This document shows, in pieces, positions 35,808 to 45,689 of a stretch of 64,000 nt of DNA. The stretch lies in NCBI GenBank assembly GCA_964579885.1, contig CAZOHD010000002.1:243672-307671 (forward strand). Reading direction: 5' to 3'. Every line of letters begins with the position of its first letter. Within the stretch, counting starts at the first letter, position 1. A program made the position numbers and the translations under genes. The stretch comes from an uncultured Sediminibacterium sp. Lineage in GTDB: Bacteria > Bacteroidota > Bacteroidia > Chitinophagales > Chitinophagaceae. The notes under the pieces are model-generated. The model made no database searches and was not told the DNA's origin. It was given only the letters and a program-made list of their open reading frames with translations.

Positions 35808-37283
35808 ATGGCATTTATACATATAGTAAGAAGGGTTAGTTTTATTTCAATAGCATCAATTTTGCTTTTTTCTTGTACTAGAATTGGCACATCGGAACTT
35901 GGCTTAGACTTTTTATCTCAAGATGCGATAGCAACTAAAGATACAGTTCTTGATGTGGAGACAGAAACAGTAGTCATGGAAGATTCTTTAAGAATTTATC
36001 CTACAGATGAGCATATGTTGGGTGATATAACCAACGATCCAATATTTGGCACCACAAGTGCTTCTTTGTTTTTTCAATTAAAACCTAGTTTTTATCCTTT
36101 CTATATTAAAGGCACAAAAGATAGCATCATAGTTGATTCTGCTGTTTTAATTTTAAGTTATAGAGGATACTACGGAGATTCAACTAAGCCAATTAGAATC
36201 TATGTAAATAAAATTGATGCCGCTACGCCATTAGAAGTAGGTAAGTATTATGCAAGTAATTACCCTAATGCATATGGAATTAGAAAAGGCAGTTCAGTAG
36301 GTAATTCTTTCCTTTTTGATTTTACAAAAGCACAAGATTCTTTAAATGATCGTTTTGAAAATGCTTCAAGACAAATTCGTTTAAGACTTAATAATTCTGT
36401 TGCAAATGAGTTGTTGAAAGTATATGATTCAAATGGCGCTTATAGAAATGATACTACTTTTAGAAATTCATTTCCTGGATTTGCATTAAGTACAAGTGCT
36501 TCTGACAATCATAATGCATTAATCAGAACATCTTTATTGGATTCTAATACCAAATTAGCGTTGTATTATTCTACAAGTGCTACAGGTAGTGTTGTAAGAG
36601 ATACGCTTGTGACACATTTTAGATTTAGTTATTATACTGCCCAAAATGCCAATTTTATCCAAAGAAACAGGGCTGCAGCAGAAATAGCGCAACATTTAAA
36701 TGGATTTGCAAAGGACTCACTAGTTTATGTACAAACAAGTCCTGGAACAATGGTAAAGATTAAAGTTCCTGGTTTGAAAACTTTCAAGAATAAAATTATT
36801 CATAGGGCTGAATTAATTGCAGAACAAGTTCCGGATGATGCCCGTTTGTCTACCACAGATAAATTTATGACAGCCCCTAACTTTCTATTTTTAGGTGTGT
36901 ACGATACAGCAACAAAAAAGTTAAGAACAGTTCCCAATGATTATCAGGGTTCTTCAAATCCGCAGTTATTAGGACAATTTGGCGGACAAAAAATTATAAA
37001 ATCATTACATGGATACAATAATGTAGCTACCTATAATTTCAATGTAAGTAGATATGTTCAAGGATTAATTGCAAGAACAGATTCTTTATTTGATTTTAGG
37101 TTGTTTGCACCTGTGAACGATTCTGTAAAATTTGTTCAACCTTATCCCTACAACAAAATTCAAACAACCGATTATTTAACTACGGCATTAGGCAACCAAG
37201 CTGCAAATGGCAGGGTTAGATTGGGTGGTGGGTCACATTCTAAATTCAGAATGCGTTTGCGTATTTACTATACCAACTTATAA
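35808..37283 (+). CDS. DUF4270 family lipoprotein
   Basis: Lipobox LLFSC, 'LG...DPIFG.T.A..FFQ', C-terminal GRV.L.G...LRIYYT; follows the glgA-like gene. Confidence 0.8.
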   Translation: MAFIHIVRRVSFISIASILLFSCTRIGTSELGLDFLSQDAIATKDTVLDVETETVVMEDSLRIYPTDEHMLGDITNDPIFGTTSASLFFQLKPSFYPFYIKGTKDSIIVDSAVLILSYRGYYGDSTKPIRIYVNKIDAATPLEVGKYYASNYPNAYGIRKGSSVGNSFLFDFTKAQDSLNDRFENASRQIRLRLNNSVANELLKVYDSNGAYRNDTTFRNSFPGFALSTSASDNHNALIRTSLLDSNTKLALYYSTSATGSVVRDTLVTHFRFSYYTAQNANFIQRNRAAAEIAQHLNGFAKDSLVYVQTSPGTMVKIKVPGLKTFKNKIIHRAELIAEQVPDDARLSTTDKFMTAPNFLFLGVYDTATKKLRTVPNDYQGSSNPQLLGQFGGQKIIKSLHGYNNVATYNFNVSRYVQGLIARTDSLFDFRLFAPVNDSVKFVQPYPYNKIQTTDYLTTALGNQAANGRVRLGGGSHSKFRMRLRIYYTNL

Positions 37284-37300
37284 TCATTAGGAATTATTAA

Positions 37301-37308
37301 TATATTTG
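37301..37308 (+). promoter_or_regulatory. -7 box of metK
   Basis: TATATTTG. Confidence 0.6.
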
Positions 37309-37338
37309 CATTTTACAACAACATCTAAATAAAAAAAT

Positions 37339-38592
37339 ATGCCTTATTTATTTACATCTGAGAGTGTTTCTGAAGGACATCCAGACAAAGTAGCGGATCA
37401 GATTTCTGACGCTTTAATCGATAACTTTTTAGCTTTTGACCCTCAGTCAAAAGTAGCTTGTGAGACATTAGTAACAACTGGTCAAGTTGTATTGGCTGGT
37501 GAAGTAAAGTCTAAAGCATATTTAGATGTACAAGAAATTGCACGTGGTGTAATTCGTAAGATCGGATACACCAAGAGTGAATACATGTTTGAGGCGAATA
37601 GCTGTGGTATCTTATCTGCTATCCACGAACAATCTGCTGACATCAACCAAGGTGTTGACAGAAAGAAGAAGGAAGAGCAAGGTGCTGGCGACCAAGGTAT
37701 GATGTTTGGTTATGCAAGCAACGAAACAGAAGATTTAATGCCATTGGCTTTAGACTTAGCACACAAAATCTTAATTGAATTAGCTGCGTTAAGAAGAGAG
37801 AACAAGCAAATTAAATATTTACGTCCTGATGCAAAATCTCAGGTGACTTTAGAATACAATGATAAGAACGAGCCTGTAAGAATCGATGCTATTGTTGTTT
37901 CTACACAACACGATGATTTTGACAAAGAAGGTAAGATGTTAGAGAAGATCAAAAAAGACATCATTGAAATCTTAATTCCAAGAGTTAAATCCAAATATAA
38001 GAAATACGCGAAGTTGTTTAATAAGGACATCAAATACCATATTAACCCAACAGGTAAGTTTGTAATTGGTGGGCCACATGGAGATACTGGTTTAACTGGT
38101 CGTAAGATTATTGTAGATACTTATGGTGGTAAAGGTGCACACGGTGGTGGAGCATTCTCTGGAAAAGATCCAAGTAAGGTAGACCGTTCTGCAGCTTATG
38201 CAACGCGTCATATTGCTAAGAACTTAGTAGCGGCTGGTGTTGCATCTGAGGTTTTAGTGCAGGTATCTTATGCGATTGGTGTTGCTAAGCCAACATCTAT
38301 CAACGTAAATACTTATGGTACGGCTAAAGTGAAAATGACAGATGGTCAAATAGGTAAATTAGTTGAAGGTATTTTTGATATGCGTCCTTACTTTATTGAG
38401 CAAAGATTAAAGTTAAGAACGCCAATGTATAGTGAGACTGCTGCTTATGGTCATATGGGTCGTAAGAACGAAGTAGTTACTAAAACATTCACTACTCCAG
38501 ATGGTAAATCAAAAACAATGAAAGTTGAATTGTTTACATGGGAGAAATTAGATTATGTAGCAAAGGTTAAAAAAGCCTTTGGTTTAAAATAA
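37339..38592 (+). CDS. metK: S-adenosylmethionine synthetase
   Basis: [58 protein letters not shown]. Confidence 0.98.
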   Translation: MPYLFTSESVSEGHPDKVADQISDALIDNFLAFDPQSKVACETLVTTGQVVLAGEVKSKAYLDVQEIARGVIRKIGYTKSEYMFEANSCGILSAIHEQSADINQGVDRKKKEEQGAGDQGMMFGYASNETEDLMPLALDLAHKILIELAALRRENKQIKYLRPDAKSQVTLEYNDKNEPVRIDAIVVSTQHDDFDKEGKMLEKIKKDIIEILIPRVKSKYKKYAKLFNKDIKYHINPTGKFVIGGPHGDTGLTGRKIIVDTYGGKGAHGGGAFSGKDPSKVDRSAAYATRHIAKNLVAAGVASEVLVQVSYAIGVAKPTSINVNTYGTAKVKMTDGQIGKLVEGIFDMRPYFIEQRLKLRTPMYSETAAYGHMGRKNEVVTKTFTTPDGKSKTMKVELFTWEKLDYVAKVKKAFGLK

Positions 38593-38609
38593 TTCATTGA
38601 TTAGATAGG

Positions 38610-38645
38610 AAATCCCGTCTCAACATAAATTGGGACGGGATTTTT
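38610..38645 (+). terminator. Terminator after metK
   Basis: AAATCCCGTCTCAA-CATAAA-TTGGGACGGGATTT + TT. Confidence 0.85.
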
Positions 38646-38656
38646 ATTTTAATCCA

Positions 38657-38664
38657 TAACTTTG
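38657..38664 (+). promoter_or_regulatory. -7 box 4 nt before the rlmB ATG (possible leaderless transcript)
   Basis: TAACTTTG-TTCC-ATG. Confidence 0.55.
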
Positions 38665-38668
38665 TTCC

Positions 38669-39514
38669 ATGCAGGAAAGAAACAATAGACCAGACCGATC
38701 CGATAGATCCGCAAGGCCAGAAAGAAAATTCAATGGTCAAAGAAAATTTAGTCCAAGACCTAGCTTTAAGACCGAACGTAAATTTATTATTGGTCGTCAA
38801 CCATTGATTGAGTCTTTAGAGTCTGGTGCAAATATTGAAAAAATATTGCTTCAAAAAAACGCACAAGGGGAAGGATTAGAAGAGATAAAGCAATTTGCAA
38901 AAGCCAACACTATACCAGTACAGTTAGTACCTATTGAGAAGTTGAATGGTATGACCAAAGCGAATCACCAGGGTGTTTTGGCTTTTATTTCGAATGTAAA
39001 ATACCTGGACTTACAAGAAGTCATTGATTTTGTAGTAGCAAAAGGAGAGACCCCATTATTTATGATGCTAGATGGGGTGACTGATGTGCGTAATATTGGA
39101 GCTATTAGTAGAAGTATTCACTGTTGTGGTGCACAAGCATTGATTATACCAGATAAAGGAGTCGGTGCATTGAACGAGGAGGCTTTTAAAAGTAGTGCAG
39201 GTGCTTTAGAACATATACATGTTGTTCGTGTGAGTAGTTTGTTAAAAGCAGTAGATGATTTACATATGAATGGCATTCAAGTATTTACAAGTGAAATGCG
39301 TGCGGATAAAAATGTTCATGAATTAGATTTATCAATTCCTAGTTGTATCATCATGGGAGATGAGGGAAGAGGCGTTCAGCCTTATTTAGCTAAAGCAGCG
39401 GATTACTTTTTTAAAATACCAATGGCAACAAACTTTGATTCATTCAACGTATCCGTTGCAGCAGGAATAATTTTGTATGAAGCTATGAAACAAAGATTGT
39501 TCCCTGTTAAATAA
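38669..39514 (+). CDS. rlmB: 23S rRNA (G2251-2'-O)-methyltransferase RlmB (SPOUT)
   Basis: NHQGV, LDGVTDVRNIGAI.R, MGDEGRG, IPM...DS.NVSVAAGI. Confidence 0.92.
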   Translation: MQERNNRPDRSDRSARPERKFNGQRKFSPRPSFKTERKFIIGRQPLIESLESGANIEKILLQKNAQGEGLEEIKQFAKANTIPVQLVPIEKLNGMTKANHQGVLAFISNVKYLDLQEVIDFVVAKGETPLFMMLDGVTDVRNIGAISRSIHCCGAQALIIPDKGVGALNEEAFKSSAGALEHIHVVRVSSLLKAVDDLHMNGIQVFTSEMRADKNVHELDLSIPSCIIMGDEGRGVQPYLAKAADYFFKIPMATNFDSFNVSVAAGIILYEAMKQRLFPVK

Positions 39515-39526
39515 TAGGTAAGCATT

Positions 39527-40528
39527 ATGAAATTCAAGTTAACATTAGAAGCTAAGCCATCAAAGCATTTAATTGAATATGAGGATAAGCTCATGTTAAT
39601 TGGGTCTTGTTTTACAGAAAATATTGGGGCAAAATTTAAGACACATTTATTCAATGTTTTTGAAAATCCCTATGGTATTCTATTTAATCCAATAAGTGTT
39701 TCAACCGCATTAATTGAAATCATAGAATCAAAGGTTTATTCTAGCGAAGATTTATTTCAACACAACGAATTATGGCATAGTTGGAATCACCATAGTCGTT
39801 TTTCTGCAGTTCAAAAAGAAGAAGCATTGGAGAAAATAAATGTTTCTATTGCTGAAGCACATCAATTTTTAAAGACAGCAAATCGTTTAGTAATCACATT
39901 AGGATCAGCATGGTTATACCATTTAACGAATAATGCCCCTCTTGGAAAGGGTCAAGTTGTCGCCAACAATCATAAAGCACCTTCGGATTGGTTTTATAAA
40001 TCTCTTATGGGACCAGCTGAATTAATTGAGTCGCTTAAAAATTTGGTAACACGTCTACAAGCCTTCAATCCAAATTTGCATATCACCTTTACAATAAGCC
40101 CCGTTCGGCATTTAAGAGAGGGCTTAGTTGAAAATAATAGAAGTAAGGCTGTTTTAATACATGCTGTTCATGAACTTATTTCCCAATTGGATAAGCTTGA
40201 CTATTTCCCTGCATATGAATATGTAATAGATGATTTGAGAGATTATAGATTTTATGCGGAGGATTTAGTACACCCTAATTTTGCAGCATCTGGTTATGTT
40301 TGGGATAAATTGATTGAAACCTATATGGATGCAGATACACAATTGCTAATGAAACAGGTAGCTGAAATTCAATTAGCTTTCAATCATAAGCCATTTTTTG
40401 CGGGTTCTATTGAGCATCAAAAATTCATTCAGTCCTGTATTCAAAAAACTGAATCTTTAATCGATGCTCATCCTTATCTATCATTACAAGGCCATTTAGC
40501 ATTTTTTAGGACTAGTGTAAGCAAATAA
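39527..40528 (+). CDS. GSCFA domain protein
   Basis: IGSCFTENIG, NP.G..FNP, ITLGSAW, TISPVRH, YFPAYE, DDLRDYRFY..D..HP. Confidence 0.92.
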   Translation: MKFKLTLEAKPSKHLIEYEDKLMLIGSCFTENIGAKFKTHLFNVFENPYGILFNPISVSTALIEIIESKVYSSEDLFQHNELWHSWNHHSRFSAVQKEEALEKINVSIAEAHQFLKTANRLVITLGSAWLYHLTNNAPLGKGQVVANNHKAPSDWFYKSLMGPAELIESLKNLVTRLQAFNPNLHITFTISPVRHLREGLVENNRSKAVLIHAVHELISQLDKLDYFPAYEYVIDDLRDYRFYAEDLVHPNFAASGYVWDKLIETYMDADTQLLMKQVAEIQLAFNHKPFFAGSIEHQKFIQSCIQKTESLIDAHPYLSLQGHLAFFRTSVSK

Positions 40529-40557
40529 TTACTACATTAGAGGTCTAAATTATCGCT

Positions 40558-43041
40558 ATGCGCATCTTACCATTTTTAGTGTCAGCGACTGTAACAGCTG
40601 GACTTGTTTTTACATTAAACATACAATTGAAATTAGGCGCTACGAAGGCACCTAGATTAGGTTATTTTTTATCTCCTCAACATGGATTTTGGAAGAATGC
40701 TGAAAAAGTGAATACCAATTTTGATGTTTCAATTCTTGCCAATGATCTAAAAGGAGATGTGGATGTTTATATGGATGATCGTTTAGTACCACATATTTTT
40801 GCTGACCATGATGAAGATGCTTATTATGTACAAGGCTATCTACATGCAAAATATAGATTTTGGCAAATGGACTTCCAAACTAGGGTAGCTGCTGGTCGTT
40901 TAAGTGAAGTGGCTGGTGCAGATAAATTGTCAATAGATCGTTTTTTCAGAAGACTGGGAATGGTCTATGGTGCAGAAAAAACTGAAACTTATATCAATGA
41001 AAATAATCCTGTTATGAAAGCAACAGTGGATTCTTATACTGCAGGAGTAAATGCATATTTAGATCAGATGGCACCGGAGGATATGCCTTTTGAATATAAG
41101 TTGATGAATTTTGAGCCTGAAAAATGGACTCCAAAAAAGACCTACTTATTTTTAATGTTTATGTCATACGATTTGACTGGTAGATCTGCAAGTGCCGATT
41201 TGCAATTAACAAATACAAGAGACTATTTAGGGTATGACTTATTTGATAAATTATACACCAATCAACAAGATTCATTAGATCCAATTATTCCAAAAGGAAC
41301 TGCTTATGCTGAACCAAGTATTATTCCAGTCAAACCTGCATCATCAGATATAGCCTATTTGAAAAAAGAAGCCAATGTAGATATTGCTAAAGTGGTGGAA
41401 ACTCCAGAAGCACCAGATCCAAATAACGGAAGTAATAACTGGGCAGTGAGTGGCACTATGACAAAGTCGGGTAGACCAATTGTTTGTAGTGATCCGCATT
41501 TGGGATTGAATCTTCCTTCTTTATGGTATGAAGTACAAATTACGACGCCAACTCATAGTACCTATGGTGCAAGTTTTCCTGGATCTCCAGCGGTAATCAT
41601 TGGATTCAATGATAGTTTAGCTTGGGGTGTGACCAATGCGGGAAGAGATGTCTTAGATTATTATGAATTGAAATTCAAGGATACGACTCAAAATGAATAT
41701 TGGTACAATGGTGCGTGGAAGGCTGTAACAAAAAGGGTGGAAGTGATCAAAGTAAAAGATAGTGCAGATGTGGTTGAAAATATTGCTATGAGTCATTGGG
41801 GACCTGTGATGTTTGATGCAGCTTATCAAAATCCGCAATCAAAAGGTAGAACACTTGCAGTTAAATGGACAGCGCATAATCCATCTACTGGTGTAGAGAC
41901 TTTTTATCAATTAAATAGAGCAAAGAATATTGACGATTATTCTAAGGCCATTCAATTATGGAAATGTCCTGGTCAAAATTTCGTGGTGGCGACTAAGTCA
42001 GGAGACATTGCAATTAAACAACAAGGAGATTTTGTAGCAAGATGGGATAGACAGGGTGATTTTATTATGCCTGGAGAAGATAGTAGTTATGATTGGCAGG
42101 GGATCATTCCATTTGAGGAAAATCCAATGATTAAAAATCCAGAACGTGGATTTGTGAGTAGTGCAAATCAGAAATCGACAGATGCTAGTTACCCTTATTA
42201 TTTAGGTACAGCAAGTTCGTTCCCTTTATATAGAGGTATTAGTGTCAACAAGCAATTGGCTACTATGTCACAAGTGACAGCGCAAGACATGCAAGCATTG
42301 CAGGCAAATAATTATAATGTATTTGCTGAACAAGCAAGACCAGCTTTAATGAAATTCATTGAGATGAATCGTTTAAGTAAGGATGCTCAAAGAATGGTGC
42401 AGACGATGAGTCAATGGAATTTATACAATCACCCGTCAGAAAAAGGTATTACAATCTTTAAATTAATTTGGGATAGCGTTGAATCTGCTGTTTGGTCAGA
42501 TGAATTAGCAGGTTCTGTTATTCCATTAACAAAGCCTGAAGCGTTTGTTTTATTAGAACAAATGAATCGTGATACAAATTTTACTGTTGCAGATGATATT
42601 AGAACAAAGGACAAGGTAGAATCTTTAAAAGATCAAGTGCTTATTGGTATTGAAAAAGCAACGTTAAAATGCCTTGAACTAGAAAAAGAAAATAAGTTAA
42701 GTTGGGAAGCATACAAGGCAACGCGCGTTTTGCATTTAACAAAAATACCAGCATTAAGTAGGTTAAACCTACCAATTGGAGGAGGAGTGAATATTATAAA
42801 TGCAACAGGGGAGAATCATGGACCAAGTTGGAGAATGGTTGTTCATTTAACGGATGATATAGAAGCTTATGGCTTGTATCCAGGTGGTCAAAGTGGTAAT
42901 CCAGGAAGTCCTTATTATGATAGTTTTGTTGATTATTGGGCAGCAGGCAAATATTATAGATTACTTTTCTTGCCTAAGGAAAAGTTAAAGCTACATGAAA
43001 GAACAAAATGGCATATTCAATTCAAAAAAACTGCCGCTTAA
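40558..43041 (+). CDS. Penicillin acylase family (Ntn hydrolase, peptidase S45)
   Basis: QGYLHA..RFWQMD, GSNNWAV (beta-chain N-terminal Ser), DPHLGL..PSLWYE, PGGQSGNPGSPYYD. Confidence 0.92.
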   Translation: MRILPFLVSATVTAGLVFTLNIQLKLGATKAPRLGYFLSPQHGFWKNAEKVNTNFDVSILANDLKGDVDVYMDDRLVPHIFADHDEDAYYVQGYLHAKYRFWQMDFQTRVAAGRLSEVAGADKLSIDRFFRRLGMVYGAEKTETYINENNPVMKATVDSYTAGVNAYLDQMAPEDMPFEYKLMNFEPEKWTPKKTYLFLMFMSYDLTGRSASADLQLTNTRDYLGYDLFDKLYTNQQDSLDPIIPKGTAYAEPSIIPVKPASSDIAYLKKEANVDIAKVVETPEAPDPNNGSNNWAVSGTMTKSGRPIVCSDPHLGLNLPSLWYEVQITTPTHSTYGASFPGSPAVIIGFNDSLAWGVTNAGRDVLDYYELKFKDTTQNEYWYNGAWKAVTKRVEVIKVKDSADVVENIAMSHWGPVMFDAAYQNPQSKGRTLAVKWTAHNPSTGVETFYQLNRAKNIDDYSKAIQLWKCPGQNFVVATKSGDIAIKQQGDFVARWDRQGDFIMPGEDSSYDWQGIIPFEENPMIKNPERGFVSSANQKSTDASYPYYLGTASSFPLYRGISVNKQLATMSQVTAQDMQALQANNYNVFAEQARPALMKFIEMNRLSKDAQRMVQTMSQWNLYNHPSEKGITIFKLIWDSVESAVWSDELAGSVIPLTKPEAFVLLEQMNRDTNFTVADDIRTKDKVESLKDQVLIGIEKATLKCLELEKENKLSWEAYKATRVLHLTKIPALSRLNLPIGGGVNIINATGENHGPSWRMVVHLTDDIEAYGLYPGGQSGNPGSPYYDSFVDYWAAGKYYRLLFLPKEKLKLHERTKWHIQFKKTAA

Positions 43042-43072
43042 TTAAAAATTTATCAATTTAAAAATACTCAAA

Positions 43073-43423
43073 ATGAAATTTATATTATCAATCATATTAG
43101 TTGCTTTGGTCACATTTGCTGTGGGCATTTATGGCAATTTACCTTGGTGGAGTTTTGTTATCACTAATCTAATAATAGCGATTGCATTGCCAATTAAACC
43201 AATCCAGTCATTTGTTGCTGGTGCTCTAGGTGTTGGGGCTTTATGGGCTGGCTTAGCTTTTGGTATTGATCTTGCAAATAATCATATTCTGTCTACTAAA
43301 GTTGCTCAGATACTTCCACTTGGCGGTTCTTATATTGCCTTAATCTTAGTGACTGCTTTTGTTGGTGCTTTGTTAGGAGGATTAGCATCCTTAACAGGCT
43401 CGTTTGTTAGAAAGCCAGCGTAA
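43073..43423 (+). CDS. Four-TM small membrane protein, function unknown
   Basis: 116 aa, almost entirely hydrophobic, A-rich start context. Confidence 0.8.
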   Translation: MKFILSIILVALVTFAVGIYGNLPWWSFVITNLIIAIALPIKPIQSFVAGALGVGALWAGLAFGIDLANNHILSTKVAQILPLGGSYIALILVTAFVGALLGGLASLTGSFVRKPA

Positions 43424-43443
43424 TTCATTTTTAATTGATTAAA

Positions 43444-43483
43444 TAACGCAGAATAGCTGATTTTTATCAGCTATTCTGCGTTA
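43444..43483. other. Perfect 18-bp inverted repeat
   Basis: TAACGCAGAATAGCTGAT-TTTT-ATCAGCTATTCTGCGTTA. Confidence 0.9.
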
Positions 43484-43554
43484 TAATAAAATCCAAATTC
43501 ACCTATCTTTGTGTCCAATTTGCTTAACCTGTAATTGAGCTTAAATTATATCTT

Positions 43555-44604
43555 ATGGCACAACTGCACAATCGTGTTTCAAACAAAGAGTTGAAACAAA
43601 AATTGTACGAAGAAAATTTTGAACGTACAACAATTAGTTTTTATCAGTATTTCCCAATTCAAGATCCAGTTAATTTTAGAGATGAAATGTACCGCGCATT
43701 AAATGCGATGCAGGTATTTGGTCGAATCTATATTGCAACAGAAGGTATTAATGCGCAAATTAGTGTGCCAACACATTTGTTCGAAGTATTTAAAGCTTAT
43801 CTATATTCATTCAAGCCATTAAATGGGATAAGACTTAACAAAGCGGTAAATGACAATGGAAAAAGCTTTTGGGTACTTAAAATTAAAGTAAGAGAAAAAG
43901 TGGTTGCAGACGGCATCGAAGATCCAAATTTTAGCATGGAGAATAAAGGGAAGTATGTGAATGCCCAACAAATGAATGCATTATTAGAGTCACCAGACAC
44001 GATCGTGATTGATATGCGCAATCATTATGAATTTGAAGTTGGACATTTTGAAAACGCCATTGAAATCCCTTCTGATACTTTTAGAGATCAATTACCGATG
44101 GCTGCAGAAATGATGCAGCCCCACAAAGACAAAAATATTATCATGTATTGTACTGGTGGAATACGTTGTGAAAAGGCAAGTGCTTATATGTTGCATGAAG
44201 GCTTTAAAAACGTATTTCATTTGGAAGGTGGTATAATACATTATGCTAACAAAATAAAGGAGGCAGGATTAGAGAGTAAGTTTAAAGGAAAGAATTTTGT
44301 TTTTGATGATCGATTGGGAGAAAAAATAACAGAGGATATTATAGCGAGTTGTCACCAATGTGGCAAGCCTGCAGATACACATACCAATTGCAAGAATGAT
44401 GCATGTCATTTGCTTTTTATTCAGTGCGACGAATGTGCAAAAGAATTTGATGGATGTTGTACCACTGCTTGTAAGGAGGTTTATCACATGCCAATAGAAG
44501 AACAAGAAGCATTAAGGAAAGGAGTGAAGAAAGGAATGCAGGTTTTTAATAAATCAAAACATAGACTAAGACCGAGATTAGGAATAGATATCGAAGTAAA
44601 ATAA
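43555..44604 (+). CDS. trhO: Oxygen-dependent tRNA uridine(34) hydroxylase TrhO (YceA family)
   Basis: [46 protein letters not shown]; -7 box TATCTTTG at 43504-43511. Confidence 0.9.
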   Translation: MAQLHNRVSNKELKQKLYEENFERTTISFYQYFPIQDPVNFRDEMYRALNAMQVFGRIYIATEGINAQISVPTHLFEVFKAYLYSFKPLNGIRLNKAVNDNGKSFWVLKIKVREKVVADGIEDPNFSMENKGKYVNAQQMNALLESPDTIVIDMRNHYEFEVGHFENAIEIPSDTFRDQLPMAAEMMQPHKDKNIIMYCTGGIRCEKASAYMLHEGFKNVFHLEGGIIHYANKIKEAGLESKFKGKNFVFDDRLGEKITEDIIASCHQCGKPADTHTNCKNDACHLLFIQCDECAKEFDGCCTTACKEVYHMPIEEQEALRKGVKKGMQVFNKSKHRLRPRLGIDIEVK

Positions 44605-44623
44605 GTGATTACTTTAATTGTAT

Positions 44624-44657
44624 AAAAAAAATCCCGATAATAATCGGGATTTTTTTT
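44624..44657. terminator. Bidirectional terminator between trhO and purC
   Basis: A8-TCCCGAT-AATA-ATCGGGA-T8. Confidence 0.9.
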
Positions 44658-44658
44658 A

Positions 44659-45591
44659 TTAATGTATTCCAAGTTGTTGTAGGGCGGAACTGACTAATTC
44701 AAATGTTTCTGATTCAGTTTTTGGTTCCGGTTTGAATGCATCTCCAATAATTTGCTCGTACAATTCTATATATCTTTTAGAAATAGTGTCAATCCATTCC
44801 TCGGTCATGTTTGGAACAGTTTGCCCTTCCTTGCCCATGAAATTATTTTCAATCAACCATTCTCTAACAAATTCTTTACTTAATTGTTTTTGTTTTTCTT
44901 GTTTCGATTGTCTTTCTTCAAATCCATCTGCATAGAAATACCTTGAAGAATCTGGCGTATGAATTTCATCCATTAAATAAATGGTGTCACCAATTTTACC
45001 AAACTCATATTTAGTATCTACTAATATTAAACCTCTTTTTGCCGCAATTTCTTTACCTCTTGCAAAAAGTGCCAATGCATATTTTTCTAAAATAGCCCAA
45101 TCAGAAGCAGATGCTAAACCTTGGGCTATAATTTCCTCTTTTGAAATATCCTCGTCGTGACCTTCACTTGCTTTAGTGGAAGGTGTGATGATTGGAGTAG
45201 GGAAATAATCATTTTCTTTTAAACCATCTGGTAATTGAACGCCACATAAGCTTCTGCCACCAGCTTGATAAGTTCTCCAGGCATGACCCACCAAGTTGCC
45301 TCTAACTACCATTTCGATCTTAAATGGGGTACATTTTTTACCTATTGCCACATTGGGTGCTGGAATGCTGATGAGCCAATTTGGGCAAATATCCTTGGTC
45401 GAATCAAGCATATAAGCAGCAATTTGGTTCAAAACCTGCCCTTTAAAGGGTATTGGCTTAGGTAAAATAACATCAAAAGCTGAAATTCTATCACTTGCAA
45501 TCATCACAAGTAATTCATTTTCAATATAATAGACGTCTCTAACCTTGCCATGATAGGTATTTTTGAGTCCTGGGAATTGAGTGGGGTTCAT
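44659..45591 (-). CDS. purC: SAICAR synthase
   Basis: [45 protein letters not shown]. Confidence 0.96.
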   Translation of the reverse strand: MNPTQFPGLKNTYHGKVRDVYYIENELLVMIASDRISAFDVILPKPIPFKGQVLNQIAAYMLDSTKDICPNWLISIPAPNVAIGKKCTPFKIEMVVRGNLVGHAWRTYQAGGRSLCGVQLPDGLKENDYFPTPIITPSTKASEGHDEDISKEEIIAQGLASASDWAILEKYALALFARGKEIAAKRGLILVDTKYEFGKIGDTIYLMDEIHTPDSSRYFYADGFEERQSKQEKQKQLSKEFVREWLIENNFMGKEGQTVPNMTEEWIDTISKRYIELYEQIIGDAFKPEPKTESETFELVSSALQQLGIH

Positions 45592-45595
45592 ACTA

Positions 45596-45603
45596 CGAAA
45601 ATA
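45596..45603 (-). promoter_or_regulatory. -7-like box 4 nt before the purC ATG (possible leaderless transcript)
   Basis: Minus strand TATTTTCG-TAGT-ATG. Confidence 0.45.
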
Positions 45604-45689
45604 AAAACTTTAACAGTATTTTGATAATTTTTTCTGTTTTGCCAACTATTTGGTATTTTGCCATACAATTCAATTTAAAAACAATTATT

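Noticed and set aside
37284-37338. SAM riboswitch upstream of metK
   Set aside because: The gap is 55 bp, AT-rich, holds only a -7 box and has no SAM aptamer core
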